Positions 1 through 9,763 of a stretch of DNA of 64,000 nt are shown in pieces. Numbering within the stretch: the stretch's first letter is position 1; the number at the start of each line of letters is the position of its first letter. This stretch comes from a virus. Its lineage: Duplodnaviria > Heunggongvirae > Uroviricota > Caudoviricetes. The notes beneath the pieces were generated by a model. That model did no database searches. It was not told the origin of the DNA and was given only the letters and a program-made list of their open reading frames with translations. The stretch lies in IMG/VR virus record IMGVR_UViG_3300023174_000034; one strand, 5' to 3'. A program made the translations under genes and the position numbers.

Positions 1-285
1 GGGTATGGTGCTGCCGCCAAAGGCAACACCTTGTTGAACTTTAGCAAGATCAAACTGGACTTTATTATCGACGACAATGAACTCAAGCAAGGCACATACT
101 CACCTGGCATGAGCATTCCTGTTGTGCCTATCAGCCACTTGGACCGGTACGGTGCAGACGACAAAGTGTTGTTTATTCCTTTGGCCTGGAATTACTTTGA
201 CGATATCAAGAAAAAGATCATTGATCGCCGCCACAACACCAACGACAAGTTCCTAAAATACTTTCCTAAAGTGGACATTCAATGA
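1..285 (+). CDS. C-terminal fragment of NDP-sugar C-methyltransferase (truncated by window start)
   Basis: Frame is open from base 1: GYGAAAKGNTLLNF...IIDDNELKQG...PLAWNY, typical of the C-methyltransferase C-terminal domain. Confidence 0.8.
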   Translation, partial: GYGAAAKGNTLLNFSKIKLDFIIDDNELKQGTYSPGMSIPVVPISHLDRYGADDKVLFIPLAWNYFDDIKKKIIDRRHNTNDKFLKYFPKVDIQ

Positions 286-1142
286 CAATTAGCAACAGCA
301 ACAAAACTGCCACACGTGACGATGTTACTCTAGTAACAATCGAAACCATGTATCACGGTCTGGCCAAACGGGCCATGGAGGAATCTCTAGCCCGTGTGCC
401 ATTCAAACATGCCATGGTGTTCAGCGACCAGGACTTTTTGCCCGGCGCCAAACATGTAAAGATTGAACATGGTAACATGGAAAGCTACTGCAATCTCTTG
501 CTCAAAGGCATGTTGGAACATGTGGAAACAGAGTTTGTGATATTCCAGCAATGGGATGCCATGATTCATGATGGTAGCAAGTGGCAAGACTACTTCTTGC
601 TAAACGATTACATTGGTGCAACATGGCCCTGGCGACCACATGGCCAGAATGTGGGCAACGGTGGATTCAGTCTGCGTAGTCGTCGATTGTTGGAAGCCTT
701 GCAAGCACCACATATTCAGCTGGTTCCAACAGACCCTGAACATGGTATCCAAGAAGACAATTATATTGCTATCAAACATCGTCCGTGGCTGGAACAGCAA
801 GGTATTCGATTTGCTCTGGCACCAGTTGCCAATCAATTCAGTATTGAGCTGGCACCAGAAGCCTATGGTGCCATGGCACATCACGGATTATGGAATGTAG
901 TACAGTTCATGCCCCAGGATGTAGCAGAATACTTTATCATCAACTGTCCAGACAATACCTGGAATGAAGTACACCGTGCTCATCACACCGCGGTCACTAT
1001 TGCAGGCATGGGATACATGGAATTGTTAGAAACACAAGCTGACCGTATCAAGGCCAGCCCAGTGCATCAAGAGCTATTTGACTGGATCAGCGGTGACGAT
1101 TTCCCCAACAAAGAAGCCACACTAGCCATGTTAAAAAAGTAA
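282..1142 (+). CDS. DUF5672-like glycosyltransferase-related protein
   Basis: QWD..I and YIGATW...VGNGGFSLRSRRLL...ED motifs. Confidence 0.65.
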   Translation: MTISNSNKTATRDDVTLVTIETMYHGLAKRAMEESLARVPFKHAMVFSDQDFLPGAKHVKIEHGNMESYCNLLLKGMLEHVETEFVIFQQWDAMIHDGSKWQDYFLLNDYIGATWPWRPHGQNVGNGGFSLRSRRLLEALQAPHIQLVPTDPEHGIQEDNYIAIKHRPWLEQQGIRFALAPVANQFSIELAPEAYGAMAHHGLWNVVQFMPQDVAEYFIINCPDNTWNEVHRAHHTAVTIAGMGYMELLETQADRIKASPVHQELFDWISGDDFPNKEATLAMLKK

Positions 1143-1158
1143 TACTCTAGTACTATCT

Positions 1159-1187
1159 AAAAGCCCTTGTAAATCAAGGGCTTTTTT
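1159..1187 (+). terminator. Rho-independent terminator
   Basis: AAAAGCCCTTG-TAAAT-CAAGGGCTTTTTT right after the 1142 stop. Confidence 0.8.
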
Positions 1188-1212
1188 GTGGCTTTTTTGC
1201 AACAACAAACGG

Positions 1213-1241
1213 TTGACTGATATTTGCTCGTTTGCTATACT
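1213..1241 (+). promoter_or_regulatory. sigma70-type (early) promoter
   Basis: TTGACT-17-TATACT with TG extension; AGGAG RBS follows at ~1261. Confidence 0.8.
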
Positions 1242-1271
1242 ATAGGCTAAGTTAAACAAAAGGAGCCCAGC

Positions 1272-1601
1272 ATGAAAGAACGCGAACTAGAAACAAAAAG
1301 TGCAGGTTATTATGCTTTTGCCGCTTCACGTGATGCACGTATGAAAGCCACTGCAATGTGGAGTCATTACAGCGAAGCACAAAAGGTGCAAGCAGAACGC
1401 ATGAAGCTGGGCTTGGAACTTTGCTACTCTGCCAAAGGTATCTATGTTAACCCACGCAAGAAATTCATTGCAATTAAAATTGACAACCCTACTGTGAAAG
1501 ATCGCAAAAATCTTAGTCTACTGGAAGGCGACTACGAAAAAGCAGGTATTACCAAAGTAGTATCTGATCAGGGCGTTACCTACAGAATTGCCAAAGTATA
1601 A
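1272..1601 (+). CDS. hypothetical phage protein
   Basis: ORF with RBS directly behind a promoter. Confidence 0.7.
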   Translation: MKERELETKSAGYYAFAASRDARMKATAMWSHYSEAQKVQAERMKLGLELCYSAKGIYVNPRKKFIAIKIDNPTVKDRKNLSLLEGDYEKAGITKVVSDQGVTYRIAKV

Positions 1602-1606
1602 AACGG

Positions 1607-1635
1607 TTGACCAACAAACTCATTTCTTGTACAAT
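1607..1635 (+). promoter_or_regulatory. sigma70-type promoter
   Basis: TTGACC-17-TACAAT. Confidence 0.75.
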
Positions 1636-1662
1636 AGTGGCTTATTAAGTAAAAAGGAGTCA

Positions 1663-2037
1663 ATGATGGAAGAGTTCAAAAGCTGGGAAGAAATGTCTAC
1701 ACTAGAGCAGTATGCCTGCCAGTTCTGGGACATGTACAAGGATGCTTACGGCGTTCGTCCTCGCGGTATTGATACGTCCATGTGGACCGAAGCAGACTTT
1801 GAAAACGAGTTTGCCAGCCTGGGTGCTGTGATCCAACAAGAAGAGATTGCTCGCCGTGAAGCTGAGGCTCGTGCTGTGGTGCAGTTTGAAGACCGTGTGG
1901 CAAATCTCATGCACACTGGTACCAACCGTGAGCGTGTGATTGCATGGCTCATGGACGCTGAACACGCCAATGGCGACTCGGAGTATTTCGCTTTCACGCA
2001 GGGCTTGCCCTACGGTTATTTTCGTAAGGTAGCATAA
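1663..2037 (+). CDS. hypothetical phage protein (WDMYKDAYGVRPR type)
   Basis: Start moved from 1588 to the ATG after AAGGAG, downstream of the promoter. Confidence 0.7.
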   Translation: MMEEFKSWEEMSTLEQYACQFWDMYKDAYGVRPRGIDTSMWTEADFENEFASLGAVIQQEEIARREAEARAVVQFEDRVANLMHTGTNRERVIAWLMDAEHANGDSEYFAFTQGLPYGYFRKVA

Positions 2038-2522
2038 TGTCGCAATTGACAGTACAAGAGCAAGAACGTTTTATTGCACACCTTAAAGGTGTACGCAAGG
2101 TGGTAATCAATAGTTGCCATGGCGGCTTTGGACTCAGTCATGAAGGTATCCTGGCATATCTTGACAAGTGTGGCGTACCGGTATGGGCTGAGGCCAATGA
2201 GAAGTTTGGCGGCTTGATTCCGTTCAACTATTATCTGGTACCACCTGAAGAACGCATTCCTAGTGACCCAGACAACTGGCATGACATGACTATGTCTCAA
2301 CGTGCCGCGCACAATGCCGCATACAGCAAGACCGTGTTCCATGATCGCGACCTGGCACGTGATGATCCGTATCTTGTGCAAGTGGTTGAAGAACTGGGTG
2401 CCCGTGCAAATGGGCGTCATGCAGAACTAAAGGTTGTTGAGATCCCAGCTGAGGTCGATTGGGATATTGATGAGTATGATGGTAGCGAATGGGTGAGTGA
2501 AAAGCACCGTCGTTGGAGTTAA
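2037..2522 (+). CDS. hypothetical phage protein
   Basis: Coupled ORF; KVVINSCHGGFGLS...RDDPYLVQVVEELG. Confidence 0.7.
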   Translation: MSQLTVQEQERFIAHLKGVRKVVINSCHGGFGLSHEGILAYLDKCGVPVWAEANEKFGGLIPFNYYLVPPEERIPSDPDNWHDMTMSQRAAHNAAYSKTVFHDRDLARDDPYLVQVVEELGARANGRHAELKVVEIPAEVDWDIDEYDGSEWVSEKHRRWS

Positions 2523-2541
2523 TTTTTAACTGGAGAAATAT

Positions 2542-2739
2542 ATGAGCAAAATGGCCGAACTGGATTATGACATCCAAGAAATGTTTATTGATGGACACGA
2601 TGCACGAAGCATTGCACGGCTTCTGGATTGCCCGCTCAAAGATGTACTTGCTACACTAGAGACATTTGGCGTCAGCAATCAAGACATTGTGGATGTGCCC
2701 GAAGTGGACGAAATCTACAGCCCTTACTACGGAGCCTAA
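2542..2739 (+). CDS. small hypothetical protein
   Basis: GGAG RBS; operon context. Confidence 0.6.
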   Translation: MSKMAELDYDIQEMFIDGHDARSIARLLDCPLKDVLATLETFGVSNQDIVDVPEVDEIYSPYYGA

Positions 2740-2741
2740 TC

Positions 2742-2912
2742 ATGCCAACCAAGCAAGCGCAATGGCTTGAAGATTTGGACGATCTAATCAATCGTCTGCC
2801 TGATATCTACTTGCCCGAGCCTGTTGTTAATAGTATAATGGAACAACTGGAAACTGTCCAGGATGAAGTAACAGAGCAGATTGAGCTCAGATCAACTGAT
2901 TGGGAGGCCTAG
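2742..2912 (+). CDS. small acidic hypothetical protein
   Basis: ATG 2742 after GGAG; fills the operon gap. Confidence 0.55.
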   Translation: MPTKQAQWLEDLDDLINRLPDIYLPEPVVNSIMEQLETVQDEVTEQIELRSTDWEA

Positions 2913-3125
2913 ATGCGTAAACGTAAAATTCTTGAACTGCAATTTAACCAAGGCCTGCCTTTGCGCCAAGACTTGGAAATTGACATTGAGTCCTTGGGTC
3001 AGCGCATTGATCGAGTGCGAACGGTGCGGTCCAGCGTGGCTCCAGACACTTGGGCATTTAATTTTTGGTCACAGGTTGAAGGACAATTACTTCGCAAAAT
3101 GCAAATACTGGCACAGCCACGTTAA
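2913..3125 (+). CDS. hypothetical protein
   Basis: Abuts the previous stop; GGAGG upstream. Confidence 0.6.
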   Translation: MRKRKILELQFNQGLPLRQDLEIDIESLGQRIDRVRTVRSSVAPDTWAFNFWSQVEGQLLRKMQILAQPR

Positions 3126-3134
3126 GGAAACATT

Positions 3135-3527
3135 ATGAAACTGATGGACGTTATTACACAATGCGGCGCACGGGTCTGTGAGGGCGCTGATTACCAATGG
3201 GAATGCTACGGCCCTAATTCGCACATCATGGAGTTTGCAGACGTTACAGGCGAACCCTTTTGTTCTATTGTGTTTGACAAAAAGAACTATATGGTGTATG
3301 AGCTCGAGATCTTTATTCCTGGACAGGATCAAGTGTTCAAATGGATAGATGGTGAACATGAGCCCGCACACAATCGTGAAGCCAAAAAACGAAACGTTGA
3401 TACCACAGTAGCCTACGACGATGTTAAATATGACAGAGTGGTAGACGAAGGTACGATTTTACAGTATGCAAAAGACATAGGCGAAATGTACTATGACGAT
3501 CTGCCCATACCAGAAAGCCATGGCTGA
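3135..3527 (+). CDS. hypothetical protein
   Basis: AAGGA RBS; operon context. Confidence 0.7.
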   Translation: MKLMDVITQCGARVCEGADYQWECYGPNSHIMEFADVTGEPFCSIVFDKKNYMVYELEIFIPGQDQVFKWIDGEHEPAHNREAKKRNVDTTVAYDDVKYDRVVDEGTILQYAKDIGEMYYDDLPIPESHG

Positions 3528-4371
3528 TTTCAAACAAACCGACCTGATAGAATTATCACATGATAGAGAGCACTCTGCGCCTATACTAACCACTAGCCCT
3601 CTATTAGAGGAAACCTGGCGTCTGTGGAGCCAGAATCCACGCATGCCAGTAGAAACCTTTGCACTATTTCGTGAAAAAGCACCCGCATGGTTCAAGGATA
3701 GCAAGCTCAATGCACTTACTGGCCTAGATGAATTTCCTGTGACAGAAACTATCATGGGTGTGAATCATTACCTGGATAACCTGTTGCTAGATTACGGCAT
3801 TGATGGAGTGCAGGTGTTGGAGCATGACTATACCTACTACTGGCGCCTAGATCCAAATAAAGTGCCAGCAGTGCCTGGCAAACTAGATCCACGTAAAGCA
3901 CTGATTATCAGCATGCCGTTCGCTGGATTGAATGACATCCACCCTTACATGGACGAGTTGCTGGATGAAGCACTGACCAAAGGCATCCCTGTACACATTG
4001 ATGCAGCCTGGATCACAGCCGCCCGTGATATTACCTTTAACTTTGATCATCCTGCAATACAATCCGTTGCCATGAGCCTAAGCAAGGGTATGGCATTGTG
4101 GCAAAACCGTGTGGGCATACGTTGGACCAGGGAAACCAATCCAACTGACTCAATCACAATCTACAATCAATATCATATGATTCCGGTACTGGTTGTGGAC
4201 ATGGGCTTGCATTATATCCAAAGTGTTGCTCCAGATCATTTGTGGAATACCTATGAACAGCGTTATAATGAAGCATGTAAAGCATTGTACCTAAGACCAA
4301 CCAAAATGATCCACCTAGCACAAAGTTTAGACCGAAGCCAGACGTTTGCCATGAAGCGAGTACTTGAATGA
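3520..4371 (+). CDS. PLP-dependent enzyme-like protein (fold type I)
   Basis: PVHIDAAW and SVAMSLSKG resemble the H-x-D-A-A and Schiff-base lysine motifs. Confidence 0.55.
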   Translation: MADFKQTDLIELSHDREHSAPILTTSPLLEETWRLWSQNPRMPVETFALFREKAPAWFKDSKLNALTGLDEFPVTETIMGVNHYLDNLLLDYGIDGVQVLEHDYTYYWRLDPNKVPAVPGKLDPRKALIISMPFAGLNDIHPYMDELLDEALTKGIPVHIDAAWITAARDITFNFDHPAIQSVAMSLSKGMALWQNRVGIRWTRETNPTDSITIYNQYHMIPVLVVDMGLHYIQSVAPDHLWNTYEQRYNEACKALYLRPTKMIHLAQSLDRSQTFAMKRVLE

Positions 4372-4484
4372 AGCTCGGCGGATGGACTCTTCTTCTCATC
4401 ATGTTTGCTGTTGGGTATCACGCGATAAAGTTTTACAAAACACCATTTGATCAACGTCCAGGACACAGGCAGGTAGTAAAATGA
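4368..4484 (+). CDS. 38-aa membrane peptide (not in ORF track)
   Basis: MKLGGWTLLLIMFAVGYHAIKFYK...; ATGA overlaps with both neighbours. Confidence 0.55.
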   Translation: MKLGGWTLLLIMFAVGYHAIKFYKTPFDQRPGHRQVVK

Positions 4485-4960
4485 AAACAGGAATTTACAA
4501 AAAGGTAGGACGCCGATACGTTGAAGTAGGCGAGTACGACACTGAGCACATGGATTACATACAGAACGGTGTCACCTTGATTATCAAACGCAAGAGTTGT
4601 ACCAGTCGGTATTTCAACGTGGATCCTGACGTCGTGCCCATGCTGGCCGCGGCCAGGTACTGCGAAGACGAAATCAGTGCGGCCTTGGTACGTGCAGGTG
4701 AGCTACGAATGCAACGAAGTGACCGTGAGCGTGAGATGACACTGGGCCAACGTGCCGCGTGGGACAATCTTGTGAAGGAATTTGGAGACAGTGCCAGGCA
4801 GTTGGAGTGGCCCAGTGCTAGGGAATGTGCAGAAGCAGGTGCCCTGGCCATGGTAGAAGAAGCGCAAAAACTGCTGGCAAACGAAAGTATTAAGGCCGCG
4901 TACGACCATTTTTTGCTACTTTGCAAGCTGAGCGCAAGCAAGGATGAGCTAAGTCGTTGA
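4481..4960 (+). CDS. hypothetical protein
   Basis: Coupled ORF, 159 aa. Confidence 0.7.
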   Translation: MKTGIYKKVGRRYVEVGEYDTEHMDYIQNGVTLIIKRKSCTSRYFNVDPDVVPMLAAARYCEDEISAALVRAGELRMQRSDREREMTLGQRAAWDNLVKEFGDSARQLEWPSARECAEAGALAMVEEAQKLLANESIKAAYDHFLLLCKLSASKDELSR

Positions 4961-5001
4961 TTTTACAGCGAAAAATAGCCCAAAAAAGTGGGGTTTTTTG
5001 G

Positions 5002-5030
5002 TTGACCATTATGGCCCATTTTGCTATAAT
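5002..5030 (+). promoter_or_regulatory. sigma70-type promoter
   Basis: TTGACC-17-TATAAT with TG extension. Confidence 0.8.
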
Positions 5031-5112
5031 AATTACATGATGTGCAAAAAGCGAATCCAAAAACAGCTTGTGTTGCGTAATAGCAACAGCACAGAAAAGC
5101 AATAAAAAACGG

Positions 5113-5141
5113 TTGACGCAAAAGCCCATTTTTGCTATACT
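5113..5141 (+). promoter_or_regulatory. sigma70-type promoter
   Basis: TTGACG-17-TATACT with TG extension. Confidence 0.8.
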
Positions 5142-5185
5142 ATGTTTTGTTAGTTAGTTAATCGACATAAAAAAGGAGCCTTAAT

Positions 5186-6229
5186 ATGTCAACAGCATTT
5201 ATTCGTATCAAGTCAGGTGCTTATCGTGCAACAGACGTGTCTGGACAAGTGTTCCAGCTCGTGGAGCAGTTTAAGATGACTGGCAAAGGCGGTTACGTCA
5301 CTGTGAAAAACGGTGGCAAGTTTCCTGGCTTTCCAGAAGAAATCCGTGTCAAAATACAAGCCATGGCTGACTACGAGTTTGTGAGCGAAGGCGATTTTGA
5401 AGGTGTTGTTGCACCCATGGACTCTGATGTAGAAGCAGTTGTGCAAGCGTCACAAACAGACGAAGAGCGCATGACAGACATTGCCGAGCGTTTTGAGATG
5501 CTGACAGAGATGACCAAAGCCGCTGTGAACGGTGACATCCGTGCAATGATTGTGAGTGGCCCTCCTGGAGTTGGTAAATCTTACGGTGTTGAACTTGAGA
5601 TTGAAAAGGCTACCCTGTTTGATCACATCGCTGGACGCAAGCTTCGCGCAGAAGTTGTGAAAGGCTCTGCTACTCCTATCGGCTTGTACCAAACCCTGTA
5701 CAAGTACTCCGACGAGAATTGTGTGGTTGTGTTTGACGACTGCGACAGCATCCTGCTTGACGACGTGAGTTTGAACCTGCTGAAAGGTGCTTTAGACTCA
5801 GGCAAGAAGCGTAAGATTTCTTGGTTGGCAGAGTCCAGTGCTTTGCGCCGTGAAGGCATCCCAGACAGCTTCAACTTCAACGGTACTGTGATCTTTATCA
5901 CTAACATGAAGTTTGACAAGATGAAGAGCCAAAAGCTCAAGGACCACTTGGATGCATTGCAGTCACGTTGTCACTATCTTGACTTGACCTTGGACACCAT
6001 GCGTGACAAGTTGTTGCGTATCAAGCAGATTGCCAAGACAGGTGCTTTGTTTGAAGACATGGACATCACGGATGTTGGACAAGACATGATCATTGAGTTC
6101 ATGGACAAGAACAAGAATGCCCTGCGCGAGATGAGCTTGCGTATGGCAATCAAGATTGCTCAACTGTACAAGAGCTTTCCTAACAGCTGGGAAAAAATGG
6201 CACGTACAACCTGCATGAAGGTTGCGTAA
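5186..6229 (+). CDS. P-loop AAA-type ATPase
   Basis: Walker A SGPPGVGKS, Walker B VVVFDDCD. Confidence 0.8.
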   Translation: MSTAFIRIKSGAYRATDVSGQVFQLVEQFKMTGKGGYVTVKNGGKFPGFPEEIRVKIQAMADYEFVSEGDFEGVVAPMDSDVEAVVQASQTDEERMTDIAERFEMLTEMTKAAVNGDIRAMIVSGPPGVGKSYGVELEIEKATLFDHIAGRKLRAEVVKGSATPIGLYQTLYKYSDENCVVVFDDCDSILLDDVSLNLLKGALDSGKKRKISWLAESSALRREGIPDSFNFNGTVIFITNMKFDKMKSQKLKDHLDALQSRCHYLDLTLDTMRDKLLRIKQIAKTGALFEDMDITDVGQDMIIEFMDKNKNALREMSLRMAIKIAQLYKSFPNSWEKMARTTCMKVA

Positions 6230-6297
6230 AAGAATTAGGCGGATTACATTCCGCTTGATGGTTGTGGTTTGTTAGCTCCTTTCCACAACCCGCTCAT

Positions 6298-6333
6298 AGC
6301 CCTGCTACTGTAAAAGGTAGTGGGGCTTTTTTT
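6298..6333 (+). terminator. Rho-independent terminator
   Basis: AGCCCTGCTAC...GTAGTGGGGCT followed by a T run. Confidence 0.7.
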
Positions 6334-6351
6334 GCGGCTTAAATATTTACA

Positions 6352-7140
6352 ATGCAAATAGACTTTCAAAACAGCGTTTCAATTCCGATACAGTTACAGC
6401 ACAGCCCACTGGTGCCTGCCTACGAAAGCATGTACAAGCATCTGCAACATGTGGACATTCCTTTCCATCATTGGGACAACCCGTTTGATCAAAGTGACAA
6501 TTATGCTGAACTGCACAAGTGTGCGGCAGAGCTTGGCATAAACATAGTGCATTGGTTTGGAGACCAAGACTATTTTAATCAACTGCACCGAGCATACGAA
6601 GTTGGATACAACGGCGAGCACAAGTGGCTGGAGTTCCATGAGCTGATACACATCTGCGAAGCAACAGGACACAATCTATTTAGGCGTCAAGCACTACATA
6701 TTGACTATCGTGAACAAGCAGGCCAATTGCAAAAAGCATTTGACCCCGCATGGATAACTCAAGGGGTCACGCAAGTGTGCCGCGGAGACGTTTTTGTCAT
6801 GGAAGCAGAGCTAGGCAAGATGCCCTACAGTTACTGGGCTGATGGAGAAAACAACAGCTTGGCCAGACTGTGTGAGTTGGCCAAGCCTTGGCTCATACTC
6901 AAACCTCAACTGCTGGTTGCAGTACAAGACATAGATTTTATGATCAATGTAGACCGTGAAGGCTTTGCTGACTGGTGGGCACCGCGAGAACAAGCATGGT
7001 GCCAGCATTGGAATTTGTCCACGTGGTCAATTGAAAACATGTTTGCTGGCCTGGTAATTGGCCGGATAGATCCTGACTCAATGGAACTGTTGACAGACCA
7101 ATTGACACAAGGACATGTGCCTGCTAGGGTGCGATTATGA
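6352..7140 (+). CDS. hypothetical protein
   Basis: 262-aa ORF starting 6 nt after TAAATA. Confidence 0.7.
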   Translation: MQIDFQNSVSIPIQLQHSPLVPAYESMYKHLQHVDIPFHHWDNPFDQSDNYAELHKCAAELGINIVHWFGDQDYFNQLHRAYEVGYNGEHKWLEFHELIHICEATGHNLFRRQALHIDYREQAGQLQKAFDPAWITQGVTQVCRGDVFVMEAELGKMPYSYWADGENNSLARLCELAKPWLILKPQLLVAVQDIDFMINVDREGFADWWAPREQAWCQHWNLSTWSIENMFAGLVIGRIDPDSMELLTDQLTQGHVPARVRL

Positions 7141-7919
7141 TCTATATACAACACGGTCCTGAACTGTATGCTACCCTTAGCACGATACTGTTTGATCGTT
7201 GGGGCAGCAAGACCAACCAAGAGGTCACAGTGATCAATGCGCCTGCTGACATACAGAGTGGGCAAGTGTTTGACGACTGGCCAGGGCAGTTGCAAATGAC
7301 TGTGACTGAACATAACAAAGCCGAGTGGTTGGACACATGCAGGCCGTACAAGGACCTGGCTGAGAACCAGTTGTGGGTGTTTAACAATGAGCCGGTGCAG
7401 TTACTCAATGGTGCCAGATTGGTCATGCCAGGATCTGGCCTGTGCTGGCTAGCAAACATTGTGCAACCGCAGGTTCAAGACATACACATTGTTGATATCA
7501 GTCGACAGCAGATAAAGTTCTGTTTGGAACTTTGGGAAAACTGGGATGGAAACAACTATGCACAGTTTACATGGGACTATATCAAACGCAACCAACTACA
7601 GCACTATGAATTAGATATTGCAGACCTAGATCCTGTTGGTCGCCTGCGCTTACGCAAAGAAGAAAACTTTATCGCTTATGTCAGCGAACAATTTGAAAAA
7701 CTTTTACCCAATTTTTCATCGCAATGGACACAAGCAAAACAGCACAAGAAGCTACATGCAAGGGTAGGGTCGATAATTGATTGTGTGCTAGACGACCGGC
7801 TGAAAGAAATAGATGCTATTTGGCAATCCAACATATTGGATTATAAATGGACATTGATGCACCACACGGAGAAACAAATTGCAGAGTATGAAAAAGCAAT
7901 TGAGTCAAAGCATCTATAA
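7137..7919 (+). CDS. hypothetical protein
   Basis: 260-aa ORF with ATGA overlap. Confidence 0.7.
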   Translation: MIYIQHGPELYATLSTILFDRWGSKTNQEVTVINAPADIQSGQVFDDWPGQLQMTVTEHNKAEWLDTCRPYKDLAENQLWVFNNEPVQLLNGARLVMPGSGLCWLANIVQPQVQDIHIVDISRQQIKFCLELWENWDGNNYAQFTWDYIKRNQLQHYELDIADLDPVGRLRLRKEENFIAYVSEQFEKLLPNFSSQWTQAKQHKKLHARVGSIIDCVLDDRLKEIDAIWQSNILDYKWTLMHHTEKQIAEYEKAIESKHL

Positions 7920-8595
7920 TAAATTTGTAGGGGCTGTGCCTGTACTACCAGACTACATACCTGGTGCGGATCTAGAGACTGTACGCACAGCAGGACTCCC
8001 TTGGCTACAATTACACATACCTGTACCAGCAAAAATCATGTTAGAAGAGATAAAAGCAATACAAGACCTGTTGGTATGCCATCGTGATGCCAACGGAGAA
8101 AGCTGGGGCTGGCACAGTTTTGTAATACATGGCAAAGCCTGGGACGCCACGCGAGAAGATGAGCACTACAATGATGATAGGCCGCATGTGTGGACGGATC
8201 GTGCGCTAAAGTTGATGCCACGCACAGTTGAATATTTCCAAACTGAGTGGCCTGCTGGGCAGTATGCCCGCATTCGAATCATGCTGTTGGAGCCCGGAGG
8301 CTTTATAAATGTACACCAAGATTCTGACCAACCAGGTCTTGGGCCAATCAATATTGCTATCACTCAACCAGATGATTGCCATTTTGTCATGGCAGGACAA
8401 GGTACTGTTCCTTATCAAGCAGGACAAGCGTTTTGGTTAGACGTAAGCCATCCACATATTGTTCGAAATAACAGTGCCCAAAATCGTTTCCATATTATTA
8501 TACATCAAGACTTTGATCTCCGTTTTGCCAAAGCAGTTGATCAATCTTACAAGATACTGTATAATAAAGCATATGAAAACCTTTCCAACAGTTGA
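7888..8595 (+). CDS. Asp/Asn beta-hydroxylase-like 2OG-Fe(II) oxygenase
   Basis: RIRIMLLEPGGFINVHQD (HxD), HIVRN...RFHIIIH. Confidence 0.7.
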   Translation: MKKQLSQSIYNKFVGAVPVLPDYIPGADLETVRTAGLPWLQLHIPVPAKIMLEEIKAIQDLLVCHRDANGESWGWHSFVIHGKAWDATREDEHYNDDRPHVWTDRALKLMPRTVEYFQTEWPAGQYARIRIMLLEPGGFINVHQDSDQPGLGPINIAITQPDDCHFVMAGQGTVPYQAGQAFWLDVSHPHIVRNNSAQNRFHIIIHQDFDLRFAKAVDQSYKILYNKAYENLSNS

Positions 8596-9703
8596 AGACT
8601 ATCTTGAAGTGCTTGCTGGCAAGCGAGATCTTGTCACAGGTGCGCTAAGGGCAACTAACTGGATGGGCTATGAATTCAAGCCTATTGTGAGCCTAGCACG
8701 ATATGACGTTAACTTTCTAAACAGTGTGACAGATCATACACTAGGTGGCCATCCTCTCACTGACAAGCAGGCAGAGCTTGCAGTAAAGATGGTGCTCAAG
8801 TACACACGTCAATTGAATGTCAAAAGTGTCAGCACAGAGCCAATGGTGTATCCTAATTATCGGCATACACTTCGTGTGATTGACCGTAGCAAAAGCCTAT
8901 GGATGGATCAAGAGCATCTGTATCTGCGCTTTCCTTACAACACCGAAATGATCCAGCAACTTCGTGAACTGTTAAACACACGCCAGGGGTCTGCTAAGTT
9001 TGATAAAGATGCCAAGACCTGGAAAATTGCCATCAGCGAATACAATGTAAATTTCTTGTACACCTGGGCCACAGGACATGAGTTTAGTATCTCTCAAGAT
9101 GTGCAATCTGTGATGGCAGAAGTTTTAGATATTGAATCTAAACCATACAAGATCGAACTGGTATGCGACAGCGAAGGCATACGCATCACCAATGCTCCAG
9201 TCAGTATGATTGAGTACTTGACAAGCCGTGGCATAACATTTGTGCCAGAAGACTTGGTCAAGCTGGTTGATCTTTCCAGTGTGTTAGGTTACACTGTTGA
9301 CGCAGAAGTGCTAAAGGCTGTTGAGCTTTTGATTGGATCGGACCTTGTGGTGTTTGCCAGGTGTCGCGAATACGAATTAAACGGCGATGCTAGTCATATT
9401 GAACGACTGGTGCGGTATGCAACAGCAACCAATCGATTGCCTGTGGTAATATTTGACACCACACCCAAGAGTTCACTATCAACCTATCAAGAAATACTTG
9501 GACCGGATCAAGTGACTGTGCTGGGAAATAGAAAAATTGAAAGCCTGGATGAGATCACAACCCCAGTGGTGTTTTCTCAACGTGCAGTAAACTTCAATCA
9601 CATGCCACTTATTGTGTCACATGTGGGCCTGATTGCTGGCGGAGAAAAATCAATGATGATTCAAAACAGTGAAAAGATTGTGTACTTCAATTGCAAGTTG
9701 TAA
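8573..9703 (+). CDS. hypothetical phage protein upstream of the helicase
   Basis: Start at ATG 8573, 7 nt behind TTGATC-17-TATAAT (8537-8565). Confidence 0.7.
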   Translation: MKTFPTVEDYLEVLAGKRDLVTGALRATNWMGYEFKPIVSLARYDVNFLNSVTDHTLGGHPLTDKQAELAVKMVLKYTRQLNVKSVSTEPMVYPNYRHTLRVIDRSKSLWMDQEHLYLRFPYNTEMIQQLRELLNTRQGSAKFDKDAKTWKIAISEYNVNFLYTWATGHEFSISQDVQSVMAEVLDIESKPYKIELVCDSEGIRITNAPVSMIEYLTSRGITFVPEDLVKLVDLSSVLGYTVDAEVLKAVELLIGSDLVVFARCREYELNGDASHIERLVRYATATNRLPVVIFDTTPKSSLSTYQEILGPDQVTVLGNRKIESLDEITTPVVFSQRAVNFNHMPLIVSHVGLIAGGEKSMMIQNSEKIVYFNCKL

Positions 9704-9763
9704 ACGGAGAAAATAAATCTCAGCAGTGGTGTAAAAAACCGCTGATCTGCCGGTAAATAATAT

